Source: Candidatus Woesearchaeota archaeon
Lineage (GTDB): Archaea; Nanobdellota; Nanobdellia; Woesearchaeales; ARS49
Reading direction: 5' to 3'
DNA: 64,000 bases
NCBI GenBank assembly: GCA_030750765.1
Contig: JASMHM010000004.1
Span: 3,013-67,012 of the forward strand
Every line of letters starts with the position of its first letter. The first letter of the stretch is position 1. A program made the position numbers and the translations under genes. The notes below the pieces were generated by a model, which was not told where the DNA came from, made no database searches, and was given only the letters and a program-made list of their open reading frames with translations. This document shows positions 18,196 to 26,108 of this stretch, piece by piece.

Positions 18196-19280
18196 GGTTA
18201 CTTATCGCTTCTGACACCAACAGTCCTAGAGTAGATGGGGTGGCGTGCTTCATCCATAACTTAGAACCGCACCTCAAGCAGTTTCATGTAAAAGTGGTCG
18301 CACCAAATTTTGGAGTGCCCACAAACCAGTATCCAGTTACCAAAACAAAATTGTTAAGGATCCGTTTTGGAGATTTTTATTTCAGCTGGCCTGCATGGGG
18401 ACTCATAAAAGAAATGGTAGCAAAGAGTGACGTGGTATTCGCACAAAGTATCGGTCCGGTGGGCGGGTTGGCGATACTTGCTGCTCACAAGCAAAAAAAG
18501 CCGGTTGTGCTGTACGCTCACGTCATGGATTGGGAGTTGGCAGGCTCGGCAGTGAAAAGATTCAAGGGTCTAACGCGTTTTGTGGTGAAGATTGCTGCAC
18601 GCTGGCTGTACAAGAAGTGCACAAGGATCATCGCGGCAAGCTCCAAAAGCGCAGACATGATAGGAAGTATTGGCGTAGACACGCCAAAAACAGTCATTCC
18701 TCTTGGTATTGATACACAACGCTTCAAACCAAGCGACAAGAACGTTGCAAAGAAAAAACTAGGCTTGCAAGGAAAGCGCGTTATTGGCTTTGTTGGAAGA
18801 TTAGCACATGAGAAAGATCTTCCTACGTTGTATGCTGCGTTCAAGGAAGCACAAAAGAAGGTTCCGAACATGAAGTTGTTAATCGTAGGTACTGGAATCA
18901 CAAACATCCTTCCTGAAGATGATGACGTGCGCTTAGCAGGACCGCAGACAGACATCGTTCCTTACCTACAAGCGATGGACCTGTTCGTTTTGCCTAGTCT
19001 TACGGAAACAAACAGTCTTGCAACCATGGAAGCCATGTCTTGTGCGCTACCTGTTATCGTTACGCCAGTAGGAAGTATAGGGGATTACGTTGTTGAGGCA
19101 AAGAACGGCTTCTTTTTCCCTCGCCAAGACGTCAAGGCGTTGACAGAACTCATGGTTACGTTGTTATCCAGTCCTGCAACCCGGCTGAAGATCGGTAGGG
19201 CTGCTCGAGAGAGTATGGTTCAGGACAGACAGTTCGATAAGACTGCTAAAGAGATCGTTACTGTGTTGAAAGAGGCTTAG
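18192..19280 (+). CDS. GT4-family glycosyltransferase
   Basis: ETNSLATMEAMSCALPVIVTPVGSIGDYV (E-x7-E GT4 signature). 4-nt overlap with the deacetylase gene, so a likely operon. Stop TAG. Confidence 0.85.
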   Translation: MRLLIASDTNSPRVDGVACFIHNLEPHLKQFHVKVVAPNFGVPTNQYPVTKTKLLRIRFGDFYFSWPAWGLIKEMVAKSDVVFAQSIGPVGGLAILAAHKQKKPVVLYAHVMDWELAGSAVKRFKGLTRFVVKIAARWLYKKCTRIIAASSKSADMIGSIGVDTPKTVIPLGIDTQRFKPSDKNVAKKKLGLQGKRVIGFVGRLAHEKDLPTLYAAFKEAQKKVPNMKLLIVGTGITNILPEDDDVRLAGPQTDIVPYLQAMDLFVLPSLTETNSLATMEAMSCALPVIVTPVGSIGDYVVEAKNGFFFPRQDVKALTELMVTLLSSPATRLKIGRAARESMVQDRQFDKTAKEIVTVLKEA

Positions 19281-22200
19281 ACCTTCAAGCTAACAACGTT
19301 ACTTCTTCCTGCGTCAGGGTTCATGCTGACGCCGTAGAGGATGTCTGCTTGGTTTATGAGGGCGTCATTGTGCGACACGATGATGTACTGTGCGCTTTCG
19401 CCGTATTGGTGGATGAGTTTGGCTAGCTTGTCGCTATTTGCTTTATCTAGGGCTGCGTCCACCTCGTCCATGACGTAGAAGGTGGCTGGATCGTGCTCTT
19501 GGATGGCAAATAAGAAGCTTAGCGCAGTCATGGTCTTCTCTCCTCCAGACAAAGAACGAATGTCTAAGTGTTTGCCTTGACTTACCTCTACGCGCATGCT
19601 CATGCCGGCCTCGAAGGGTTCTTCTCTGCTGCCTATGGTTAGTGTTGCCGTTCTTCCTTTTGGGTTGAGTTCTGAGAAGATCCTTTGGAAGTGTTCATTG
19701 ATGCTGTCAAAGGTTCCCAAGAACATTCTTGCCTTGTTCACTTCTATGTCTTGCATGAGTTCGGTGACGCTTTCTTTTTCCTTAAGAAGAACTTCTTTCT
19801 TGTCTTGTAGGACGGTGAACTCTTTTTCTGCGATGTCATACACATCTAGACTTCTGAGATTGACGTTGCCCACACCTGCGAGCTTTCTCTCGCCCTCATT
19901 GATTAACTTTTGTAGGACTTCTTCGTTCTTGTTATGGTCTAACTCTACTCCGGCATACTGTGCCATGGTTTCGTTGATGGTGGCCATCTCTGCTGCCACG
20001 CGTGTTTCTTCTACAGAAATAGCATTTTCTTGCATCTCTTCTCTTCTGCTCTCTTCTTCGACCATGAGCTGGCTTCTTTCTTTTTGATTAATATCGTGGG
20101 TGAACTTGTCGCGTTTGGCAAACATGTCTTTGAACTGTACGTTCGCTTTTGCTTGTTCTTTCTCCTTAGTACGGAGTTCCTCTTCTTGACTTTTGATGCC
20201 GTCGGTAAGCGTGGTTATTTTCTCCTTGTGTGCCTTTTCTTCTTGTTGCATTTTCGCAAGGAGTTCCTTGTTTTTTTGTACGTCTACTCCAATAACTTCT
20301 GAGATCTTTACTTCTAGACCGTGGAGCTCGGTTTTTACTTTGGATAGGTTTTCTTGCAAGTTTTGTTTTTGTTGTTCGAAGGCGTGGAGTTCTGCTAGCA
20401 CTCCAGGATTGCGTATTTGTTTGGTTTGTTCGCGTAGTTTTTGCCTTTTGGTCATGTGTTGGGTTATCGTAGTGGTGTGGTCGTCAATATCGTCTTTGAC
20501 CTTGTCTAGGCCTTTGTCGAGTTCTTTTTGTTTGTCTTGGAGTTGTTGTTTGTAGTCTTTGCCTTCTTCTTCGTCTACCACATGGAGGCTTTTTTCGAGT
20601 TTGATGATTTCTCCTTCTAGTGTTGCTTTTTCTTGTCGTAGTTCAGTTATTCTTTGGTCTGTTATCGCTCGGCTTTTCTCTAGCATGTGTTCTTTTTCTT
20701 CCAACCCAACAAGATCTTTGCTTGTTTTTTCTATCTTGCCTGTGAGATCTTTCTCTTTGAAGGCGCTTCTGCGTCTTCGGAAGCCGCCGGTCATGCTGCC
20801 AGCTTTTTCTAGGAGGTCTCCTTGTAAGGTAACCATCCTGTATTTTCCTTGACCTATTTTTTTGGCCTCTTCAAGGTCTGCCACCACTAGGGTGTTGGCT
20901 AGCACGAACTGAAAGATGGATTGGTAGCGTGGATCGTAGGTGACGTGGTCTATTGCTCTTTTGATGCCAGGTGGTGGCGCCTCTATTTTGGGCGGCTTGA
21001 TCTTGTTTAGGGGTAGGAAGGTAGCCACGCCTAGTTTTCTTTCTCGTAGGAAGCGTATGCAGTTCTTGGCTATGCTGTCTGTCTCCACCACAATACTAGT
21101 GAGTCGTGCTCCTGCTGCCACTTCTAAGGCTATGGTGTGTTTGCCCTCTACTTCGCCTAATTCTCCTACCGTGCCTATGACACCTTGGACTTGTTCTTTG
21201 ATTTTCTTGGCTAAAACATCCACATTTGCTGCGCGGAACTCTGCTTGCTTCACTTCTAAGGCTCCTAATTCTTGTTTGGCTTCTTGGACTTTTTGTTTGA
21301 TCTTGCCTAGCTCGCCTGCTTCTTTGCTGTCCCGATTTAGGAGTTCGTTTAATTCTTTGACGGCTCGTTTGAAGGTCTCTTTTTGTGTTTTGAGGCTTGC
21401 CAGCTCTTCTTTGTGTTTGGAGAGCATGTCTTTGTAGGCTTCTTCTTGCTGTTCGATGGTTTGGATTTGGTATTCTGCTCGATCCTTGTCTCGTAGCGTT
21501 TGTTGTTGCGTCTCTCGAAGTTCGTGCACTATTGTTTGTAGTTTTTCGAGTTCTTTGTCGATCTCTTCTATCTGGATTTCTGTTTCGTGCGCAGAGTCTA
21601 GACCTTTTGCTTTCTTGAACTTTTCGAGCTTGTCTTCTGCGGCCTTGAGTTGGAGTGCTACCTCGTCTCTTTGTCCTTCTTTGGCTTTTTTCTCTGTCTC
21701 TACTTCTTGGGTTCGGTTTTCTGAGCTTTTGAAGGTCTCTTTGATCTCTTGTTGTTGTTTACTCAGTTTTGTTATGGTTTCGCGTAACCCTTGGATGCGT
21801 TCTTTGTTGGTGGCTAGCCCTACTTTCAACACTTCTATGCGTTGTTGTAGCTCTGCTGCCTCCACCTCGCCTTTGCTTTCGATGTCTTTATTGAGGACGT
21901 TGAGCTGTTCTTTGGTGATGCTGATCTCATTCCCTATCTTGCTTGCCTTTTCTCGTAGTTCTCCTATTTTCTTCTGTATGCCCTGACTTCGCTCTTTCAA
22001 CTTTGTTCTACTCTTCTCTTTGGTGTTGTATTGCTTATGCAAAAGACTGGCTTTGAACACTTTGACCTTGTCAGCAGTATCTTTGTAGATGATGGCTTGA
22101 TCTCTCTCCTTTTTGAGTTCTCTAAGATGTCCTTGTCGTTCTTTCAATACTATCTCTGCTTCGTTCAATCTTTGGTCTACTTTGGCTAATTCCTTTATGG

Positions 22201-22759
22201 CTTGTAGTTTTTTCTCTTCATAAACGCCGATGCCGGCTATTTCCTCAACAATCTGTCTCCGGTCTACGGGATTCATCTCTACTAGTCTAGTGATGTCTCC
22301 TTGCATGATGATGTTGTAGCCGTCTGGGTTTATTTTTGCGGTTCTCAACAATTCTAGCACTTCTTGTCTTGTCACCGTACCATTGTTGATCTTGTACTTG
22401 CTTGCTCCATCCTTTCTGACCGCTCTTGTTACTTTGATTTCCTTTTCTTCAAAGGGGAAGAACTTTTGTTCGTTGTCAAAGAAGATGCTTACCTCTGCGC
22501 TGTTGGCGGGTTGTTTAGTTTTGCCCCCATTATAGATGAGGTGGGCGCTTTTTTCTGCGCGTAACTGTTTTGAGCTGCTTTTGCCTAGCACAAAACAGAT
22601 GGCGTCTGCTACATTGCTCTTTCCAGATCCATTAGGTCCTAGGACGACAGAGAACTTCTTGTCAAACACTAGTTCGGTGCGCTTGGCAAAGCTTTTGAAG
22701 CCTTCCATCACGAGTTTGGTTATTCTCGTGCCTTTAAGTTCTTGAGCCTGTGCTTCCAC
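19277..22759 (-). CDS. smc: chromosome segregation protein SMC
   Basis: N-terminal Walker A GPNGSGKSN, long coiled coils, hinge, C-terminal LSGGEKT…DEVDAALD; 1160 aa. Confidence 0.9.
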   Translation of the reverse strand: MEAQAQELKGTRITKLVMEGFKSFAKRTELVFDKKFSVVLGPNGSGKSNVADAICFVLGKSSSKQLRAEKSAHLIYNGGKTKQPANSAEVSIFFDNEQKFFPFEEKEIKVTRAVRKDGASKYKINNGTVTRQEVLELLRTAKINPDGYNIIMQGDITRLVEMNPVDRRQIVEEIAGIGVYEEKKLQAIKELAKVDQRLNEAEIVLKERQGHLRELKKERDQAIIYKDTADKVKVFKASLLHKQYNTKEKSRTKLKERSQGIQKKIGELREKASKIGNEISITKEQLNVLNKDIESKGEVEAAELQQRIEVLKVGLATNKERIQGLRETITKLSKQQQEIKETFKSSENRTQEVETEKKAKEGQRDEVALQLKAAEDKLEKFKKAKGLDSAHETEIQIEEIDKELEKLQTIVHELRETQQQTLRDKDRAEYQIQTIEQQEEAYKDMLSKHKEELASLKTQKETFKRAVKELNELLNRDSKEAGELGKIKQKVQEAKQELGALEVKQAEFRAANVDVLAKKIKEQVQGVIGTVGELGEVEGKHTIALEVAAGARLTSIVVETDSIAKNCIRFLRERKLGVATFLPLNKIKPPKIEAPPPGIKRAIDHVTYDPRYQSIFQFVLANTLVVADLEEAKKIGQGKYRMVTLQGDLLEKAGSMTGGFRRRRSAFKEKDLTGKIEKTSKDLVGLEEKEHMLEKSRAITDQRITELRQEKATLEGEIIKLEKSLHVVDEEEGKDYKQQLQDKQKELDKGLDKVKDDIDDHTTTITQHMTKRQKLREQTKQIRNPGVLAELHAFEQQKQNLQENLSKVKTELHGLEVKISEVIGVDVQKNKELLAKMQQEEKAHKEKITTLTDGIKSQEEELRTKEKEQAKANVQFKDMFAKRDKFTHDINQKERSQLMVEEESRREEMQENAISVEETRVAAEMATINETMAQYAGVELDHNKNEEVLQKLINEGERKLAGVGNVNLRSLDVYDIAEKEFTVLQDKKEVLLKEKESVTELMQDIEVNKARMFLGTFDSINEHFQRIFSELNPKGRTATLTIGSREEPFEAGMSMRVEVSQGKHLDIRSLSGGEKTMTALSFLFAIQEHDPATFYVMDEVDAALDKANSDKLAKLIHQYGESAQYIIVSHNDALINQADILYGVSMNPDAGRSNVVSLKV

Positions 22760-22790
22760 GACTAAACCGCAAGAATTGAGCTATATAATG

Positions 22791-23036
22791 CTATCTGTTC
22801 CTTCTACCACGCACACCAAAGAGGCCTATCGTGGCGGACAGACTTTGTAGGCTTAGTAAGAGTGTACATATCGCGAACAACCACATCAGGTTGGTGTCAG
22901 ATAGTGCTTGGGACAAGTCTCTACTCAGTTTGATCGTGTCTAGTTGTTGGAGTAGGAATAATACGAAGAGTATGAGGCCTCCTACGCCCAGCATGAGGCT
23001 TGTGGACTCTATTTTTTCTGGCATGAGTTTGCGCAA
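22791..23036 (-). CDS. small two-TM membrane protein, hypothetical
   Basis: 81-aa ORF between rnhB and smc on the same strand. Confidence 0.35.
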   Translation of the reverse strand: MRKLMPEKIESTSLMLGVGGLILFVLFLLQQLDTIKLSRDLSQALSDTNLMWLFAICTLLLSLQSLSATIGLFGVRGRRNR

Positions 23037-23044
23037 CAGTTGGC

Positions 23045-23704
23045 TTATTTAAAACTGTCGAGACTTTGTTGTTTTTGGGCGGCAATCATTTTCTTGTAGG
23101 GAGCCCAGCTTTTTCTGAATATTGCAGGATGCTTGTCCCAGTATTTTTCTAAGAACGCCTTGGTTTTTGGGTCTGATGGGTAGCCATTGCCAAAGTCTAT
23201 CCCTACCTTTTTTTTCAGCTCTTCTATCGCGTCATCTCTTGTTACTTTAGCAATAATACTCGCTGCGGACACTTCTGGATGGTTCAAGTCCGCTTTGTGC
23301 TCGAATAGTATGTGCATGCTCTTGTCCTCTACCCTTGCCTTGACGTAGTCTCCCCATGCCTCTCTGTTGGGGCTAGGACAGTCAACCACGGCTTGTTTGG
23401 GTTTGAGCTTGTTGAGGATTATTGCTACCTTTTCTGCCTCTAACCAGTTCAGATTGCTCTCTCCTAAGACTGCAGCATCGATCTCTTCTGGAGGGATGCT
23501 CACACAGAACCATTCGTGTTGTTTTTTTAGTTTAGGCGCTAGCTCTCTTCGCTTTTCGTCTGTGAGTAATTTGCTGTCTTGGACTCCGAGTTGTATGAGT
23601 GCTTCTTTGTCGTGCGTTTTCAACCCGCACATGACTAGGGGTCCTATGGCTGGCCCTCTTCCTGCCTCGTCAATACCGCAGTACATAGTGGTGTGCTTCT
23701 TCAC
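23045..23704 (-). CDS. rnhB: ribonuclease HII
   Basis: MYCGIDEAGRGPAIGPLVMCG N-terminus typical of RNase HII. True start is probably at MYCG (23686). Confidence 0.9.
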   Translation of the reverse strand: MKKHTTMYCGIDEAGRGPAIGPLVMCGLKTHDKEALIQLGVQDSKLLTDEKRRELAPKLKKQHEWFCVSIPPEEIDAAVLGESNLNWLEAEKVAIILNKLKPKQAVVDCPSPNREAWGDYVKARVEDKSMHILFEHKADLNHPEVSAASIIAKVTRDDAIEELKKKVGIDFGNGYPSDPKTKAFLEKYWDKHPAIFRKSWAPYKKMIAAQKQQSLDSFK

Positions 23705-23758
23705 TACTATATCAAGGTTGGCAAAGCCTTTTTAAACTGTGTTCCTTTCTTTCTAGTT

Positions 23759-23833
23759 AGCGGAGTGGGGAAGTCTGGAGTTCCCGGGGGGCTCATAACC
23801 CTCAGGTCGTTGGTTCAAATCCAACCTCCGCTA
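23759..23833 (+). tRNA. initiator tRNA-Met (anticodon CAT)
   Basis: AGCGGAG…CTCCGCT acceptor with A1:U72, three G-C pairs closing the anticodon stem, loop CTCATAA, T-loop TTCAAAT. Strongly resembles archaeal tRNAi. TTTTTAAAC box at 23729-23737. Confidence 0.85.
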
Positions 23834-23836
23834 CTT

Positions 23837-24820
23837 TTATTCCATTCCTAGAACATCGCGTACATACCCTCGCCGTATTAAATCAGGTCCGCGACCCAAT
23901 TCATACGATCGGAAGAGTTTTGCTGCTGCTTTTTCTAAACTTCTGGCTCCGAACGAGCTTTCCTCGCAATAGTCTATAACTGCATTCTTGGCAGCCTCGG
24001 TCATCTTTACTGCTCGTTCCTTCGTTCCCTTCGCAGCCCTGAAGGTTCTTGCAAACTCACCATATGGGTTTCCCATAATCTTGACATAATCGAGCCGCGT
24101 GAGTGGTTCTGTTGCTTCTATTTGGGCGATCCTTCCTATGAGTTGTTCATGGACGCCGAACTCGATGAGGTCCTCCTCGGTGATGCGTGTGTCTACTTCA
24201 GGTTGACGATGAAAACCTATGCCGCCCATTTGCCGGGCCTCCGCTATCTCTTCCAACCCGTCGAAGGATCCTGTGAGGAAGAAGACCATGTCGTGCGTCC
24301 TTCTATCATACACTTGGGCACCGCTCAACCAAGGGATGAGCTCCACCTGGACGTCTTGCGCTGATCCATACACTCGGACGAGTTTGTCAAGTTCATCCAA
24401 ATGTACCGCGGCGTGTGTATCCTCTGCCGGAATCTGTTGGAAAATATCAACGAGATTCTCCCCCACAAGTCCTGCCTCGCTCTTTCCTGTTAAGGGGAAC
24501 TGGTAGTAGGGTATGCCGGAAGCCTCGCATGCACACTGGATGGTGTGCGTCTTGCCGGTACCCGTCCTGCCTCGTATAAGGGTGTTAAGTTTGGGTTTTT
24601 TACCACCGTTCATGCGATGAAATTGTCGTTGTATGGCAACCGCTACGGCTTCCTTTACGTCTCTCTGCCCGCGCACCTTCATATTGAGGTCGTTCATGAG
24701 CTCTGACGCGGTCATGATCTGTCGGGTCTCTGGAAGAGAGAGCGCACTCTTTTTTCTTATCTTCGTCTTGCGTTTTAAGGCCACAGTGGGGCGTTTGTTG
24801 TCGCGTAAGCTATAAAGCAT
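23837..24820 (-). CDS. ClpX/HslU-like AAA+ ATPase (no N-terminal zinc-binding domain)
   Basis: GQRDVKEAVAVAI, Walker A GRTGTGKT, pore loop GLVGEN, Walker B HLDELDK, IGF-like GGIGF, sensor-2 GARSL. Collinear with bacterial ClpX by eye. Confidence 0.7.
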   Translation of the reverse strand: MLYSLRDNKRPTVALKRKTKIRKKSALSLPETRQIMTASELMNDLNMKVRGQRDVKEAVAVAIQRQFHRMNGGKKPKLNTLIRGRTGTGKTHTIQCACEASGIPYYQFPLTGKSEAGLVGENLVDIFQQIPAEDTHAAVHLDELDKLVRVYGSAQDVQVELIPWLSGAQVYDRRTHDMVFFLTGSFDGLEEIAEARQMGGIGFHRQPEVDTRITEEDLIEFGVHEQLIGRIAQIEATEPLTRLDYVKIMGNPYGEFARTFRAAKGTKERAVKMTEAAKNAVIDYCEESSFGARSLEKAAAKLFRSYELGRGPDLIRRGYVRDVLGME

Positions 24821-24861
24821 TCCGCATCATTTTTAAACTACCCTTGCTCTTATACTCCTAT

Positions 24862-24946
24862 GCCGCGGTGGCGCAGTTCGGTTACCGCGTGAGATTGCTA
24901 ATCTCATTTCCTTCGGGATTCCCCGGTTCAAATCCGGGCCGCGGCG
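24862..24946 (+). tRNA. tRNA-Ser (anticodon GCT)
   Basis: Acceptor GCCGCGG/CCGCGGC, anticodon stem TGAGA/TCTCA with loop TTGCTAA, long variable arm, T-arm CCCGG-TTCAAAT-CCGGG, discriminator G. TTTTTAAAC box at 24829-24837. Confidence 0.85.
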
Positions 24947-24979
24947 TACTTTTTTAAACTCCACTCATACGTTATAGAT

Positions 24980-25339
24980 ATGCATACTGTTGTAGTGGTT
25001 GGGCATGGTCGGGATGATGGTCTCCTTTTGGAGAGCATGGCTCGTGATGTGGGTGCGCGTACTGCTAGCTTAAGAACGTGGAATGACACGCAAGAATACA
25101 TTGATACAGGAAGGCCTGCAGATTTATACTTAGTAAATGACTTGTTAGATGCCAACGGAGAGCAGGGAGCAGAACTTATTGGGGATGTCTTGCAGTTGTG
25201 CCCAGAAACAAGATGTATGATTGTTTCAGACTATCAAACAGAACAAGAACTCGCCGCAACACAAGGTGCCATACCTGGCTTTGGTAAGAGAGAATCACGC
25301 GATAACATCAAAGCAAAGATCAAAGATGCCTTAGCGTAA
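24980..25339 (+). CDS. CheY-like receiver (REC)-fold protein with atypical acidic pocket
   Basis: 119 aa. Layout (hydrophobic beta1 VVVVGHG, …LVNDLLDANG…, …MIVSDYQ…) follows the REC fold, but the canonical DD pair is replaced. TTTTTTAAAC box at 24950-24959. Confidence 0.45.
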   Translation: MHTVVVVGHGRDDGLLLESMARDVGARTASLRTWNDTQEYIDTGRPADLYLVNDLLDANGEQGAELIGDVLQLCPETRCMIVSDYQTEQELAATQGAIPGFGKRESRDNIKAKIKDALA

Positions 25340-25371
25340 GCCTTTTATACCGCAACACTTCTCATTTTCTC

Positions 25372-25587
25372 ATGAGCGTAGGATTGAATAAGCCTGGAGA
25401 TCTTAGAAACGAAGTGAACAAGCTTGATGAAGCAGCTCGTGTTGTAGACACGCCTGGCCCTACAGAAGGTCAGAAAGTGAAGAGTCTGGCAAAGCAAGGA
25501 CTTTTCTGGATCGTTATCGCTATCGTTGCTTTAGCTGTAATGTACTATTTTGCCAAACCGTTTATTGCAGACTTAGGACTCTTGTAA
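25372..25587 (+). CDS. small protein with C-terminal TM helix
   Basis: 71-aa ORF. Confidence 0.4.
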   Translation: MSVGLNKPGDLRNEVNKLDEAARVVDTPGPTEGQKVKSLAKQGLFWIVIAIVALAVMYYFAKPFIADLGLL

Positions 25588-25716
25588 CAATTCAGCGGTT
25601 GTCTTTGGCTTGAACTCTACCACTTGAGAAGATGCACACATAGGACACATGTTTGGCATCTCTTTTCTCATAAACGTGTAGTGGCAGTGCATGCAATAGA
25701 ATCTTTCTTTGGTCAT
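25573..25716 (-). CDS. 47-aa zinc-ribbon protein (C-x2-C-x12-C-x2-C)
   Basis: MTKERFYCMHCHYTFMRKEMPNMCPMCASS…; absent from the ≥60-aa ORF track. CCTATAAATATG box about 25 bp upstream on the minus strand. Confidence 0.45.
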   Translation of the reverse strand: MTKERFYCMHCHYTFMRKEMPNMCPMCASSQVVEFKPKTTAELLQES

Positions 25717-25748
25717 TAAGAATCCCAAGAACCACTCATATTTATAGG

Positions 25749-26057
25749 TTACGTTGAGAAGTACGCCACACAGTACTCTACCGCGCCTCGTTCGTCATCC
25801 ACGCAACTCTTTACCTCGGGGAATGAGCAGAAGTTTACAGGAGCAGCTAAAACATCATTTTCTGCAGCAAAATCTTCATATAATTGTTGTGCGTTGTTCA
25901 CGATGCATTCTCCGTCTATGGTGTCGAAGACTGCAACCTTGTACCCGGTCGTGTTGCCCTGCAGGTTGAAGCCGACAAGGCCTACTGCTAGCAATCCTAC
26001 CACTAAAAGCACGATGCTTGCGTGATGCTCGCTCATACCGCAAACCTCAGTCTCCAA
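25749..26057 (-). CDS. small signal-anchored/secreted protein, hypothetical
   Basis: 102-aa ORF with a hydrophobic N-terminus. Shares a palindromic TATA (TTTTTTAAATCC, about 26074-26085) with the divergent transglutaminase gene. Confidence 0.5.
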   Translation of the reverse strand: METEVCGMSEHHASIVLLVVGLLAVGLVGFNLQGNTTGYKVAVFDTIDGECIVNNAQQLYEDFAAENDVLAAPVNFCSFPEVKSCVDDERGAVEYCVAYFST

Positions 26058-26108
26058 GCTTAAATACTTTTCCCAAGCTTTTTTAAATCCAACCGTGTAC
26101 GCGCGTCT

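Noticed and set aside
19596-21986. Many plus-strand ORFs (73-176 aa) listed inside the smc gene
   Set aside because: They are antisense to a confidently identified 1160-aa SMC gene. Their Ser/Leu/Cys-rich low-complexity translations are typical shadow ORFs of coiled-coil coding sequence.
23837-24820. Complete ClpXP protease system
   Set aside because: No ClpP/HslV-like serine or threonine protease gene is present anywhere in the window; only the ATPase is found.
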